Positions 9,975 through 19,397 are shown, counted from the stretch's first letter. The stretch is DNA of 64,000 bases from an uncultured Clostridia bacterium (GCA_947626145.1 CANQRB010000002.1:68339-132338); one strand, 5' to 3'. Program-made: numbers and translations. The notes: a model not told the origin generated them from the letters alone.

Positions 9975-12860
9975 ATGAAAAACTTTTTAAAGAATTTAAG
10001 CGTGCTTAAAATACTTTGCATCGCGTTGGTAATATTCTTGGTGGTTGAGTTCGTATCATGGCTGCCTCAGCTGGGAACCAAGGCCACGGCCCTTCCCGGT
10101 GTGACCTCCAGCGAGCTTGCGAACCCGCTGAACACTGTTGACACCACCTCTGACGGCTGGGTAACGGTCGCCGAGGAGGGCGGCAAGCAGCTTATGGTCA
10201 ATCCCTCAAATCTCAACATAAGAGTCGTTGACACGGCAACCGGTACATATTGGGAGTCTGTCAGCGACACTCAGGAGTCCAGCTCCACTCCCGGCGGTCC
10301 CGTTTCGATAACCTATATCGACGGCGCCGGCGCCGAAAAGGTCTGGAACGGCTACAGCTACAGTATCCAGGACGAGGGCGAGTCCATTACCGGCGAGGAA
10401 GTTGAGAAGAAGTACAGCATCGAGCGTATTCCCAACGGCTTCCGTGCCAACATGACCTTCGCCAGTGAGGAGTCCACCAACCTTGAGGAATATATGCCCA
10501 AGATGGTAAGCGTTGAGCGCTATAATGAGTTCTTCATTGACAAGGTGCAGGAGCTGGTTGACAACGGCACCATTACCGCCGAGACTCAGGCCAGCTACAA
10601 CAACGCTCTGGATAAGATTTACGCTCTCTCCGACGACGAGACCCACTACTATAACAAGCTGGCCGGTACGCCTCCCGTATCCGCTACAAGAATACTTATC
10701 GACCTGAGCAAGAAGGTAAATTACACTGTTGACGAAATTCGTATCGACAGCCAGGAGTTTGACTTCACCTTCACCGTTACCGAAAATCCCCGGTTCATCG
10801 TTCCCGTTGAGTTCACCCTTGACGGCGGCGATCTGGTGGTAAACGTTCCCACCGGCAAGATCGTCAACGAGAGCCAGGAAAACGAGCAGGGCGAGAAGGA
10901 GTATCAGCTTAAGGCGATACACATTATGCCCAACTTCGGTCTGGTCAAGTCCGATGAGACAGACAACGGATTTATCTTTGTTCCCGACGGCAGCGGCGCC
11001 CTCTTTGACATCAACAGCTACGACAGCGGTTATGCCGAGTACAGCCGCCCCGTTTACAACAACACCTATTACGACACGCTCTACAATCAGAGCGAGTTCC
11101 GTGAGAATATCACAATGCCCGTATTCGGTATGGGCAGCGACGCCAACCGCATAGAGGCTCCCGCCGAGGAGGAAGAACCCGCAGAGGGTGAGGCCGCCGA
11201 GGGTGAGGAAGCCGCTGAGGGCGAAGAAGCTGCCGAGGAGGAGGAACCCGCCGAGGAGCCTGCCGAAGAACCTGCCGAGGAGGAAGCTCCCGCTGAGGAG
11301 CCCGCCGCCGAGGGCGAGGCTGCTGAGGGCGAGGCTGCCGAGGGCGAAAATCCCGCTCTTGAAGTTGCTCCCGGCCCTGCGGTTAAGCCTTATAACGGCT
11401 TTATGGGAATCATTGAGAGCGGCGACACCACAGCCTCCATCAATGTCAAGCTGGCCGCCACCGGCGACGTTGCCGCCGACGCTCCTTACAACAAGGTATA
11501 CCCCAGCTTTGACGTAATGCAGATAAGCAGCGTTAAGGTATTCGGACCTTACAGCGATAACGACGCCCGTTTCACCGCTATGACCGACAGCTTTGACATG
11601 GACTGCAGAGTCCGTTACAAGCTCTATACCGACAACGCCAACTACTACACCATGAGCCAGTCTTACCGTGATTACATAATCTCTGCCTACAATCTTAAGG
11701 AAAAGTCCGCTGAGGAAACCACCGCTCCGAGAGTATTCCTGGACGTTATATCCTCCCTTACTATCGATGCCCGTTTCGTAGGCGTTCCTTACGACAAGAC
11801 TGTTTCAATGACCACTTATGATGAACTTGCGGAGATTTATGAGGATCTTAAGGCTGTCAATCCCATCGTAAGCTATAAGGGAGCCTTCAACGGCGGTATT
11901 TACAACAAGGTAAATTCCGACGCCAAGCTCACCTCCAGCAACGGCAGCAAGTCCGATCTGGACGCCCTGCTCAGAGATCATTGGGATTCCCTTTACCTCA
12001 ATGTAAATCCCTCTCAGGTTTACAAGACATCCTCGTCCTTCAAGACGAAGCACGCCCTTGTAAACTTCAACGGCGAGCCTCTCAGAACCTATGAGTACAA
12101 CATCCCCACCGGCGAGTTCAATATGCACGGCAACGGCTTCTACACCGTGGCGCCCGCATATCTCCCCAATATTGTTGAGAAGTTCTCGGCGGCGGCCGCC
12201 GATTATAAGAACCTGAGCATCGGTGATCTGGGTAATCTGTATTACGAGGATCTCCGTGACGGCAAGCATTGCTCACCTTATCAGGGCGAACAGGTTATCC
12301 AGAACGCTCTTCAGACTCTCTCTCAGGATCGTAAGCTTGTGCTTTACAATCCCAACGCCAATCGCATCGGATATGCGGCTGTCGCGGCCGACATTTCCAG
12401 AGAGAGCAGCGACTACGGTCTTATAAAGGAGAACGTTCCCTTCCGTCAGCTGGTACTCAACGGACTTACCGATTATACCACACTCAGCGTAAACACAGCG
12501 TCCTCCAACAAGGCTTACTTCCTGCTTCAGGCTATGGAGCTTGCCGCGTTCCCCAAGTATACCATCACCGCCAAGGGTGTGGCCAATCTTAAGGAGAACA
12601 ACTACAACGAGCTCTTCGCCACAGAGTACAGCATCTTTGCCGATGAGATCAAGGAAATGGATCAGACCATCAAGGACGAGTTCGCCAAGATCGGTACCAC
12701 GAGAATTAAGTCCCATCAGGTTCTTGCCGACAAGGTTTACGAGACGACCTATGAGACAGGCGTTAAGGTTATCACTAACTACAACACCTTCAGCGTAACG
12801 GTCAACGGAGAAACTCTGGACGCTCAGAGCTATGTCATTAAGGAAGGAGGGGATGAATAA
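9975..12860 (+). CDS. large membrane-anchored extracellular protein, DUF5696-like, with an internal acidic EPAEG low-complexity linker
   Basis: N-terminal TM and a ~960-aa ectodomain. I recall this gene neighbourhood (large SBP + permeases + YIP1 + DUF5696) from Paenibacillus/Clostridia loci, but the family assignment is from memory and not verified. Confidence 0.65.
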   Translation: MKNFLKNLSVLKILCIALVIFLVVEFVSWLPQLGTKATALPGVTSSELANPLNTVDTTSDGWVTVAEEGGKQLMVNPSNLNIRVVDTATGTYWESVSDTQESSSTPGGPVSITYIDGAGAEKVWNGYSYSIQDEGESITGEEVEKKYSIERIPNGFRANMTFASEESTNLEEYMPKMVSVERYNEFFIDKVQELVDNGTITAETQASYNNALDKIYALSDDETHYYNKLAGTPPVSATRILIDLSKKVNYTVDEIRIDSQEFDFTFTVTENPRFIVPVEFTLDGGDLVVNVPTGKIVNESQENEQGEKEYQLKAIHIMPNFGLVKSDETDNGFIFVPDGSGALFDINSYDSGYAEYSRPVYNNTYYDTLYNQSEFRENITMPVFGMGSDANRIEAPAEEEEPAEGEAAEGEEAAEGEEAAEEEEPAEEPAEEPAEEEAPAEEPAAEGEAAEGEAAEGENPALEVAPGPAVKPYNGFMGIIESGDTTASINVKLAATGDVAADAPYNKVYPSFDVMQISSVKVFGPYSDNDARFTAMTDSFDMDCRVRYKLYTDNANYYTMSQSYRDYIISAYNLKEKSAEETTAPRVFLDVISSLTIDARFVGVPYDKTVSMTTYDELAEIYEDLKAVNPIVSYKGAFNGGIYNKVNSDAKLTSSNGSKSDLDALLRDHWDSLYLNVNPSQVYKTSSSFKTKHALVNFNGEPLRTYEYNIPTGEFNMHGNGFYTVAPAYLPNIVEKFSAAAADYKNLSIGDLGNLYYEDLRDGKHCSPYQGEQVIQNALQTLSQDRKLVLYNPNANRIGYAAVAADISRESSDYGLIKENVPFRQLVLNGLTDYTTLSVNTASSNKAYFLLQAMELAAFPKYTITAKGVANLKENNYNELFATEYSIFADEIKEMDQTIKDEFAKIGTTRIKSHQVLADKVYETTYETGVKVITNYNTFSVTVNGETLDAQSYVIKEGGDE
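11160..11350 (+). repeat. in-frame tandem 18-bp (6-codon) repeats encoding an (E/A/G/P)-rich acidic linker
   Basis: gagggtgaggccgccgag-like units repeated about 10 times; protein sequence EEEEPAEGEAAEGEEAAEGEEAAEEEEPAEEPAEEPAEE... Confidence 0.7.
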
Positions 12861-13807
12861 TGAAACAGGAAGCGAATGTGGCAGATAAGACAAAAAAGAC
12901 AAGAAAGCCACTTACCTTCGCCACCACCCAGAAGATAAACGGTTATGTTTTCCTGGCGCCGTGGATAATAGGTTTCCTCTTGTTCTTCATGATCCCGATA
13001 GTAAACACCGTTATCTATTCCTTTAACAAGGTTGAGGTTGGCGACACCGGCGGTATGGCCATGGAGTTTGTCGGCACGAACAACTACTTTGACCTGTTCA
13101 ATACCGAGGTTTCCACCCAGTCTCAGCAGTTCATCCGCGTATTTACCGACGAGAACTCCGACGTTCTCCTCAACACCCCCCTGATAGTAATATTCAGCCT
13201 GTTCTGCGCGCTGCTCGTCAACGCGAAGTACAAGGGCCGGGGCATAGTCCGTGTAATCTTCTTCCTGCCCATAGTTCTCGGTCTTACGATAGTAACTGAC
13301 ATGATAACCGTATCGGGCGGCGGCGGAGACATCACCGCAGTGGCCACGACGGCCACGGAGGAGTCAAGCTTCCTGATGAACCTGTTCACTCAGGTAGGCT
13401 TCCTCCCGAAAGAAGTAATTTCCTTCATTGTCGGCGTTATCAGCGACATCTTCGGCATTGTTTCCAAGGCCGGCGTTCAGACGCTGATGTACCTGGCCGC
13501 CCTCCAGTCCATCAACCCCTCACTTTATGAGGTTGCCAAGATCGAGGGCTGCACGACATATGAAACCTTCTGGAAGATAACCTTCCCCATGGTTGGCAAC
13601 ACAACGCTCTTCATCTTCGTATACACTCTGGTTGACCTGTTCCTGGCCTCCAAGATGTCTGAAGAGATTTACGCGTTTGCCTTCCAGAGCAACAAGATCG
13701 GCGTCGGAAGCGCCCTCTCCGTATGCTTCCTGCTGAACGTGCTTGTAGCGCTGGTAATCATGGTTTTAATTCTGACAAAGGTGGTGAAATTAGACTATGG
13801 CAAGTAA
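12860..13807 (+). CDS. carbohydrate ABC transporter permease (MalF-type), second pair
   Basis: Six-TM permease. Its ATG overlaps the upstream stop (taATGa). Confidence 0.9.
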   Translation: MKQEANVADKTKKTRKPLTFATTQKINGYVFLAPWIIGFLLFFMIPIVNTVIYSFNKVEVGDTGGMAMEFVGTNNYFDLFNTEVSTQSQQFIRVFTDENSDVLLNTPLIVIFSLFCALLVNAKYKGRGIVRVIFFLPIVLGLTIVTDMITVSGGGGDITAVATTATEESSFLMNLFTQVGFLPKEVISFIVGVISDIFGIVSKAGVQTLMYLAALQSINPSLYEVAKIEGCTTYETFWKITFPMVGNTTLFIFVYTLVDLFLASKMSEEIYAFAFQSNKIGVGSALSVCFLLNVLVALVIMVLILTKVVKLDYGK

Positions 13808-14840
13808 GACTAAAACCAAGGTCAAGGGCCAGAGCTTCGGCGCCTGGCTCAAGGATAAGTGGAACGACAACTCCATTACCGATCCGCTCCACCGTACCCG
13901 TTACCTCCAGAATTTGGTGTTCCGCATCTTTGCGATCTCCCTCATTCTGGGTATGTGCTTCACCATTCTCTATCCCATCATCAAGCTGTTACCCATGGTG
14001 CTCAACGACGTTGAGGATCTGGGCAACCCCGATATCGTATGGGTACCCAAGACCTTCTCGCTGGTGAGCTTCAAGGCCGCCATCCGGTTGGTTTACGGTA
14101 ATTTCTCCATCATCCTCTGGTCACTGCTTTACGCGGCCAGCATAGCCGTTATCCAGGTGTTCATCAGCGCCATGGCCGGTTATGTTCTGGGCAGAATAAA
14201 GGTGCCCGGCGGAACGCTGATCTTCTTCCTGATCATCGTTACCTTCGTTGTTCCCAATCAGGCTTTGCTGATTTCCCAGTACCTGCGCTTTAAGAATTTT
14301 GACATCTTCGGAATTTTCACCGCCCTCACCGGCGGCCCCATCGACCTGATTAACAAGCCCGCCACCTTGTATCTGCTGTCGTTCTTCGGCTTTGGTCTCA
14401 AGCAGAGCATGTTCATCTACCTGTTCCGCCAGTTCTTCATGGGTCTGCCCAAGGAGCTGGAGGAGGCCGCCCTTATCGACGGCTGCGGCTTCTACAAGAC
14501 CTACTTCAGAATTGCCCTGCCCAACGCCACTCCCACCATCATGACGGTTGCTATCCTGTCCTTCGTGTGGAACTACGGCGACACCTATTACACCGGTTAC
14601 TTCTATCCGGAAGGACCCTTCGCGGCTGTTAAGCTGTCCCAGCGGTTCGCCGCTTCCCAGTCCGACACCATCGTTACGGCGGTGCAGACCTGGTTCGACA
14701 AGCCCGCTGCCTCGGCTTTCGCCTTCGATGCCGTTAAGCAGGCGGCCGTGCTCATCTTCCTGGTTCCCCTTCTGATCGTATACTTCTGCGTTCAGAGGAG
14801 CCTTGTAGAGAACATGGAGCAGTCCGGTCTGGTTGGATAA
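13797..14840 (+). CDS. carbohydrate ABC transporter permease (MalG-type), second pair
   Basis: Permease with an extended N-terminus; overlaps the upstream gene by 11 nt. Confidence 0.9.
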   Translation: MASKTKTKVKGQSFGAWLKDKWNDNSITDPLHRTRYLQNLVFRIFAISLILGMCFTILYPIIKLLPMVLNDVEDLGNPDIVWVPKTFSLVSFKAAIRLVYGNFSIILWSLLYAASIAVIQVFISAMAGYVLGRIKVPGGTLIFFLIIVTFVVPNQALLISQYLRFKNFDIFGIFTALTGGPIDLINKPATLYLLSFFGFGLKQSMFIYLFRQFFMGLPKELEEAALIDGCGFYKTYFRIALPNATPTIMTVAILSFVWNYGDTYYTGYFYPEGPFAAVKLSQRFAASQSDTIVTAVQTWFDKPAASAFAFDAVKQAAVLIFLVPLLIVYFCVQRSLVENMEQSGLVG

Positions 14841-14862
14841 GGCATTCCAGAAAAACAATAAA

Positions 14863-14890
14863 GGAACCGCTTCGGCGGTTCCTTTTGTTG
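14863..14890 (+). terminator. Rho-independent terminator of the sugar-uptake operon
   Basis: ggaaccgc-ttcg-gcggttcc followed by ttttgttg, 22 nt after the last permease stop. Confidence 0.75.
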
Positions 14891-15097
14891 TGTCGAAAAA
14901 ATGCGGCCTTGTACCGTAAATGATAATTAGGAATTAGAAATGAGGAATGAGGAATAGATTGTGAGGCAAATTTATTTGTCGTTGGTGTGACGGTGATGTA
15001 ACCTTTCTTCCGTAGGGACGGCCATTGGCCGTCCGCCATAAAACATTTACTTTTGCAATAATGAACGAAATTATCAATTAAATATATCCGCACCGTC

Positions 15098-15778
15098 TTA
15101 CGATAAAAATGATAAATACCCCGTAGGGCGCGACGAGGAGACACGTCTCCCGGCGCATCGAAAACAATCATTCAATATTGATTCTATCTCCGATATGCCG
15201 TCCGCCGTCAAATCGGGCGGGCAAGTGAGCGCGCGTACATTTCCGAGTGCGCCGTGGCCCTGCTTTACCCACAGAGTCACCATGCCTAGCAGTTGGGCCG
15301 GGGCGATGTCGTTGTCCAGCCGGTCGCCTATCATCATGGCCTCCGAGGGCTTGCAGCCCGCTGTCTCAAGAGCCTTGCGGAAAATTTCCGTATTCGGTTT
15401 GGCCGTCCCCACGTCTCCGGAGCCCACAATGACCTTGAAATACCTGCCTATGCCGTAACTCTCCAGCCTTTCCCGCAGACCCGCGTTCTGATTTGCGACG
15501 ACGCCGAGGGAATACCGCTCTGACAGCTTTTCCAAAAGCTCTTCGGCGCCCGGATATAACCGTTCCAGCTCACCCGGCCATACGCCCTTCCGAAGGCCGA
15601 ACAGCTTGCAGGCCTCATTGAAGCCGTCGAGATTTTGGGCGGCAAAGCGGCAATATGCCCTCTCGAAATCCTCAAAGCTCACATCTGTCCCGGCCACGGT
15701 ACGCCGCACCCACTCCGACTGACAGTCGGTCTCGTCGATGAGGGTGGAACCCAGGTCAAAAAACAGCCATTTTATCAT
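15098..15778 (-). CDS. HAD family hydrolase (subfamily IA-like)
   Basis: N-terminal FFDLGSTL (DxD-type motif I) and a later GDxxxD motif. The C-terminal ~40 aa of the ORF may be over-extended. Confidence 0.75.
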   Translation of the reverse strand: MIKWLFFDLGSTLIDETDCQSEWVRRTVAGTDVSFEDFERAYCRFAAQNLDGFNEACKLFGLRKGVWPGELERLYPGAEELLEKLSERYSLGVVANQNAGLRERLESYGIGRYFKVIVGSGDVGTAKPNTEIFRKALETAGCKPSEAMMIGDRLDNDIAPAQLLGMVTLWVKQGHGALGNVRALTCPPDLTADGISEIESILNDCFRCAGRRVSSSRPTGYLSFLS

Positions 15779-16128
15779 TGAGCCGCCTCCTGCGGGGGCC
15801 TGTCCTCAAGATGCTCCTTTCCCCAATGACACAGCTCCAGAAGAATGGGGGAGAGGCTCTTTCCCTTTTCGGACAGGGAATATTCCGTCCTTGGCGGGAC
15901 TACCGGATAGACCTTCCGCTCTATCATTTTGTCCGCCTCCAGTTCACGGAGCTGCTGGGTCAGCATTTTTGCCGTGGCTTGGGGCACCAGCCGCTGAAGC
16001 TCGCTGAACCTCAGCGTTGTGCCTATCAGGTGCCAGAGTATGATGGCCTTGTATTTTCCGCCGATGAGGTGGATCGTGGCCTCGATGGGGCAGTTGTAGC
16101 CCTCGCATTTGCAGCAGGGTCCCGGCAT
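15775..16128 (-). CDS. HxlR family transcriptional regulator
   Basis: CPIEATIHLIGGKYKAIILWHL...RFSELQR... is a typical HxlR winged-helix sequence; 4-nt overlap with the HAD gene. Confidence 0.8.
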   Translation of the reverse strand: MPGPCCKCEGYNCPIEATIHLIGGKYKAIILWHLIGTTLRFSELQRLVPQATAKMLTQQLRELEADKMIERKVYPVVPPRTEYSLSEKGKSLSPILLELCHWGKEHLEDRPPQEAAQ

Positions 16129-16307
16129 AAAATCAGTCCTTTCACATCATAGTTTCAAAATAGATAGTATATTACATAAAAGTGCGTTCTTGCCAAAATG
16201 ATAATTGTATGCTACAATTATAGCACAGCCCAAAGGAAAATGCAAGCATAAAATTTCTTCCGCATGAAAAAATAATTTAAAATGATTATTTTTGGGAGGA
16301 ATATTTT

Positions 16308-17234
16308 ATGATAAGAACAGACCTTGCCGTGGAAGCCCGCGAAATGCGGGGCAAAGGCGTGGCCGGGGTGGAGAGCCGCTCCGAGGAGAAGGATGGCGTC
16401 ACCGTCACCACCGTGGAGATAACCAGCCCCGAGGGTGCGGAGAAAATGGGAAAGCCCATGGGCGTCTATGTCACCATTGAAACCGGCGATCTGTCCGAGG
16501 CCGAGGCCCGCAAGGCCGCGTCCGACGCTTTGGCCCGGGAGCTGGGCCTCATGATGGAGGGCAAGGACTGCGGCCATGTGCTGGTGGTGGGGCTGGGAAA
16601 CGACCATATGACCCCCGACAGCATTGGCGTAAACACCGCCCGTCAGATATTTGTGACCCGTCACCTGAAGGAATATATGCCCGAGGAGTTCGGCTCCGCC
16701 CGGACGGTCAGCTCTGTGGCCCCCGGTGTGCTGGGCACCACCGGAATTGAAACGGGGGAGAGCGTGGCCGGCATAGCCCAGCGCATCGGCCCCACCCTGA
16801 TAATCGCCGTGGACGCCCTGGCCTCCAGGAGCATAGCCCGCATAGGCCGGACGATACAGCTCACCGACACCGGAATAAGCCCCGGCAGCGGAGTTGGCAA
16901 CAGCCGCAAGGAGCTGTCCCGGGCCACTCTTGGCATACCGGTTCTTGCCGTGGGTATACCCATGGTTGCGGACGCGGCCACGGTGGCCGACGACGCCATC
17001 GGCATGGTCATCAGGGAAATGAAGGACGAGGCAAAGGACGAGGCCGTCAGGCTCCTTCAGGGTCTTGAGGATAACGACCGTTACGCCCTGATATACGAGG
17101 CTCTGGAGCCCAACGCGGCGAATATGTTCGTGACACCAAAGGACGTGGATGCTATAGCCGACAGGGCGGCGGAGATACTCCGCGACGGAATAAATTATGC
17201 TCTCCACGGCGAAAAATATCAGATTTTTTATTAA
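16308..17234 (+). CDS. gpr: germination protease (spore protease GPR)
   Basis: Strong similarity to Bacillus Gpr throughout (RTDLAVEA..., IAVDALASRSIARIGRTIQLTDTGISPGSGVGN). GGGAGG RBS. Confidence 0.9.
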   Translation: MIRTDLAVEAREMRGKGVAGVESRSEEKDGVTVTTVEITSPEGAEKMGKPMGVYVTIETGDLSEAEARKAASDALARELGLMMEGKDCGHVLVVGLGNDHMTPDSIGVNTARQIFVTRHLKEYMPEEFGSARTVSSVAPGVLGTTGIETGESVAGIAQRIGPTLIIAVDALASRSIARIGRTIQLTDTGISPGSGVGNSRKELSRATLGIPVLAVGIPMVADAATVADDAIGMVIREMKDEAKDEAVRLLQGLEDNDRYALIYEALEPNAANMFVTPKDVDAIADRAAEILRDGINYALHGEKYQIFY

Positions 17235-17302
17235 ATCTGTAAATTCCTATTGCATTTTTCCGGTATTTGTGTTATGCTATAACGATGAAAGAAGGTGTCC
17301 AT

Positions 17303-18466
17303 GTGGTTTATTTTGACAATGCGGCGACCACAAAGGTAAAACAGGAGGTTCTGGATGCCATGCTCCCGGTTTTCACCGAGAATTACGGCAACGCGTCCTC
17401 GACATACACAACTCCCGGCATCAACGCCCGGGAGGCTTTGACAAAGGCCCGCCAAACCGTGGCGGCGGCTATCGGCGCCACCGAGAGGGAGATTTACTTC
17501 ACCGCCGGTGGCAGCGAGTCCGACAACTGGGCCATCAAGGGTTATGCCCTGAAGAATAAGGCCAGGGGCAATCATATTATAACAACTACGGTGGAGCATC
17601 ACGCCGTCCTCCACACCTGCGAGTTTCTGGAGAAGAACGGCTTCGAGGTGACTTATGTCCCCGTGGACAGCGAGGGCATGGTTCATGTGGAGGACATCGA
17701 AAAGGCCATTAAGGACAACACTGTCCTTGTGACCGTTATGTTCGCCAACAACGAGATAGGCACCGTCAACCCCATCGCCGAGATAGGCGCCCTCTGTCAT
17801 GAGCGGGGCATCGTGTTCCACACCGACGCGGTTCAGGCGGTGGGCGCCGTGCCAATCGACGTAAAGGCCATGAACATTGATATGCTGTCTATGTCCGGCC
17901 ACAAGTTCCACGGCCCCAAGGGCATCGGCGCCCTTTATATAAAGAAGGGCCTTCGCCTTGACAACCTCATCCACGGCGGAGCTCAGGAACAGGGCCGACG
18001 GGCCGGCACCGAAAACGTCCCCGGCGCGGTGGGCATGGCGGCGGCGCTGAAGCTGGCCGTGGATCACATGGAGGAAAAGACCGCCAAAATCACCGCCATG
18101 CGGGATAAGCTCATCGACACTATCCTTGCGGAAATTCCTTACGTCCGCCTCAACGGCCACCGGACGAAGCGTCTGCCAAACAATGTGAGCATCTGCTTCC
18201 GCTACATCGAGGGCGAGTCCCTGCTCCTCAGCCTTGACATGAAGGGCTTTGTGGTTTCCAGCGGCAGCGCCTGCACCTCCGGCTCCCTTGACCCCAGCCA
18301 CGTGCTGCTGGCCATAGGTCTGCCCCACGAGATAGCCCACGGCTCCATGCGCGTCACCCTCAGCGACCTTAACACCATGGACGAGGTGGACGCCTTCCTG
18401 AAGGAGCTGGGCCCGATAGTAAAAAGACTGAGAAGTATGTCCCCCCTGTTTGAGGGTGTGGAGTAA
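17303..18466 (+). CDS. nifS: cysteine desulfurase NifS/IscS
   Basis: VYFDNAATT start and the SGHKFHGPKGIGALY PLP-lysine motif. GTG start at 17303 was chosen for its AGAAGGTG RBS; an in-frame ATG at 17285 is an alternative. Confidence 0.9.
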   Translation: MVYFDNAATTKVKQEVLDAMLPVFTENYGNASSTYTTPGINAREALTKARQTVAAAIGATEREIYFTAGGSESDNWAIKGYALKNKARGNHIITTTVEHHAVLHTCEFLEKNGFEVTYVPVDSEGMVHVEDIEKAIKDNTVLVTVMFANNEIGTVNPIAEIGALCHERGIVFHTDAVQAVGAVPIDVKAMNIDMLSMSGHKFHGPKGIGALYIKKGLRLDNLIHGGAQEQGRRAGTENVPGAVGMAAALKLAVDHMEEKTAKITAMRDKLIDTILAEIPYVRLNGHRTKRLPNNVSICFRYIEGESLLLSLDMKGFVVSSGSACTSGSLDPSHVLLAIGLPHEIAHGSMRVTLSDLNTMDEVDAFLKELGPIVKRLRSMSPLFEGVE

Positions 18467-18485
18467 TATATAAGGAGTGATAGAC

Positions 18486-18938
18486 TTGTACAGTGAAAAG
18501 GTAATGGAACACTTTGCCAATCCCCGCAACGTGGGCGAGATAGAGGACGCCAACGCCGTGGGTACCGTGGGCAACGCCAAGTGCGGCGATATTATGAAGA
18601 TGTACATGAAGATCGAGGACGGCATAATCAAGGACGTCAAGTTCAAGACCTTCGGCTGCGGAGCGGCCATCGCCACCAGCTCCATGGCTACCGAGCTGGT
18701 TAAGGGCAAGACCGTTGAGGAGGCCCTCGAGCTCAGCAACAAGGCCGTTATCGAGGCCCTTGACGGACTTCCCCCCGCAAAGATACATTGCAGCGTGCTG
18801 GCCGAGGACGCCATCAAGGCCGCCCTTGAGGACTACTACCACCGCCGGGGCGAGACCGCTCCCTTCGAGTGCGGCGGCGACTGTCACGACTGCGCCCACG
18901 CCCACGAGCACGGCATGGATGATGCTGCCAAAGAATAA
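18486..18938 (+). CDS. nifU: Fe-S cluster assembly scaffold protein NifU/IscU-type
   Basis: MYSEKVMEHFANPRNVG...GNAKCGD...FGCGAAIA conserved cysteines. TTG start 8 nt after an AAGGAG RBS. Confidence 0.9.
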   Translation: MYSEKVMEHFANPRNVGEIEDANAVGTVGNAKCGDIMKMYMKIEDGIIKDVKFKTFGCGAAIATSSMATELVKGKTVEEALELSNKAVIEALDGLPPAKIHCSVLAEDAIKAALEDYYHRRGETAPFECGGDCHDCAHAHEHGMDDAAKE

Positions 18939-18944
18939 AGTGAA

Positions 18945-18973
18945 AATGCTCCGCGGAGACGGGGCATTTTTTA
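18945..18973 (+). terminator. Rho-independent terminator after nifU
   Basis: augcuccg-cggaga-cggggcau stem-loop followed by UUUUUUAUU. Confidence 0.7.
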
Positions 18974-18997
18974 TTGGTCATGCTGGCGGCCAAAACA

Positions 18998-19273
18998 CTA
19001 ATTCAAAATGTCATTTACTATTTGTTTCAAATGAAAAATCTGTTCGTTGGAAAGGCCAGTGATGTCCAAATATCTTTTGTCGTTCAGTTCCAATAAATAG
19101 TCGGCGCTTACCGAAAAATATTTTGTCAGTTTTATCAGCATATCCACTGACGGCAGTATATTATTGTTTTCCCAGTTGGAAATGCACTGTTTGGTAACGC
19201 CTATGTCTTTCGCCATCTGTACCTGACTTTTCCCTGTTTGTGTCCGAAGGAGCCTTATTCTATCGCCAAGCAT
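18998..19273 (-). CDS. XRE family helix-turn-helix transcriptional regulator
   Basis: LGDRIRLLRTQTGKSQVQMAKDIGVTKQCISNWE is a canonical Cro/C1-type HTH. Confidence 0.75.
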   Translation of the reverse strand: MLGDRIRLLRTQTGKSQVQMAKDIGVTKQCISNWENNNILPSVDMLIKLTKYFSVSADYLLELNDKRYLDITGLSNEQIFHLKQIVNDILN

Positions 19274-19322
19274 TTGTATACCTCCGTCAATTATTTATAT
19301 ACAAATTATTATATACAAACTA

Positions 19323-19351
19323 TTGACAAATTAAAAATACTATGGTATACT
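19323..19351 (+). promoter_or_regulatory. sigma-A type promoter upstream of the LRR surface-protein gene
   Basis: TTGACA, 17-nt spacer, TATACT. Confidence 0.5.
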
Positions 19352-19397
19352 AATAATTGACAAATCATTATGTAAAAAAATTAAGGAGGAAACACAA

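Noticed and set aside
11160-11350. Possible CRISPR array (regular short repeats); the same question was asked of 41520-41700
   Set aside because: The repeats are contiguous with no spacers, are in-frame coding low-complexity linkers, and there are no cas genes.
16236-16290. Sigma-F/G forespore promoter upstream of gpr
   Set aside because: GCATA/GCATG -35-like elements are present, but I could not place a convincing CATnnTA -10 at the correct spacing, so no call was made.
16218-18817. Minus-strand ORFs of 329 aa and 528 aa, and plus-strand 18369-18911
   Set aside because: Antisense or off-frame to gpr, nifS and nifU, all of which have strong homology.
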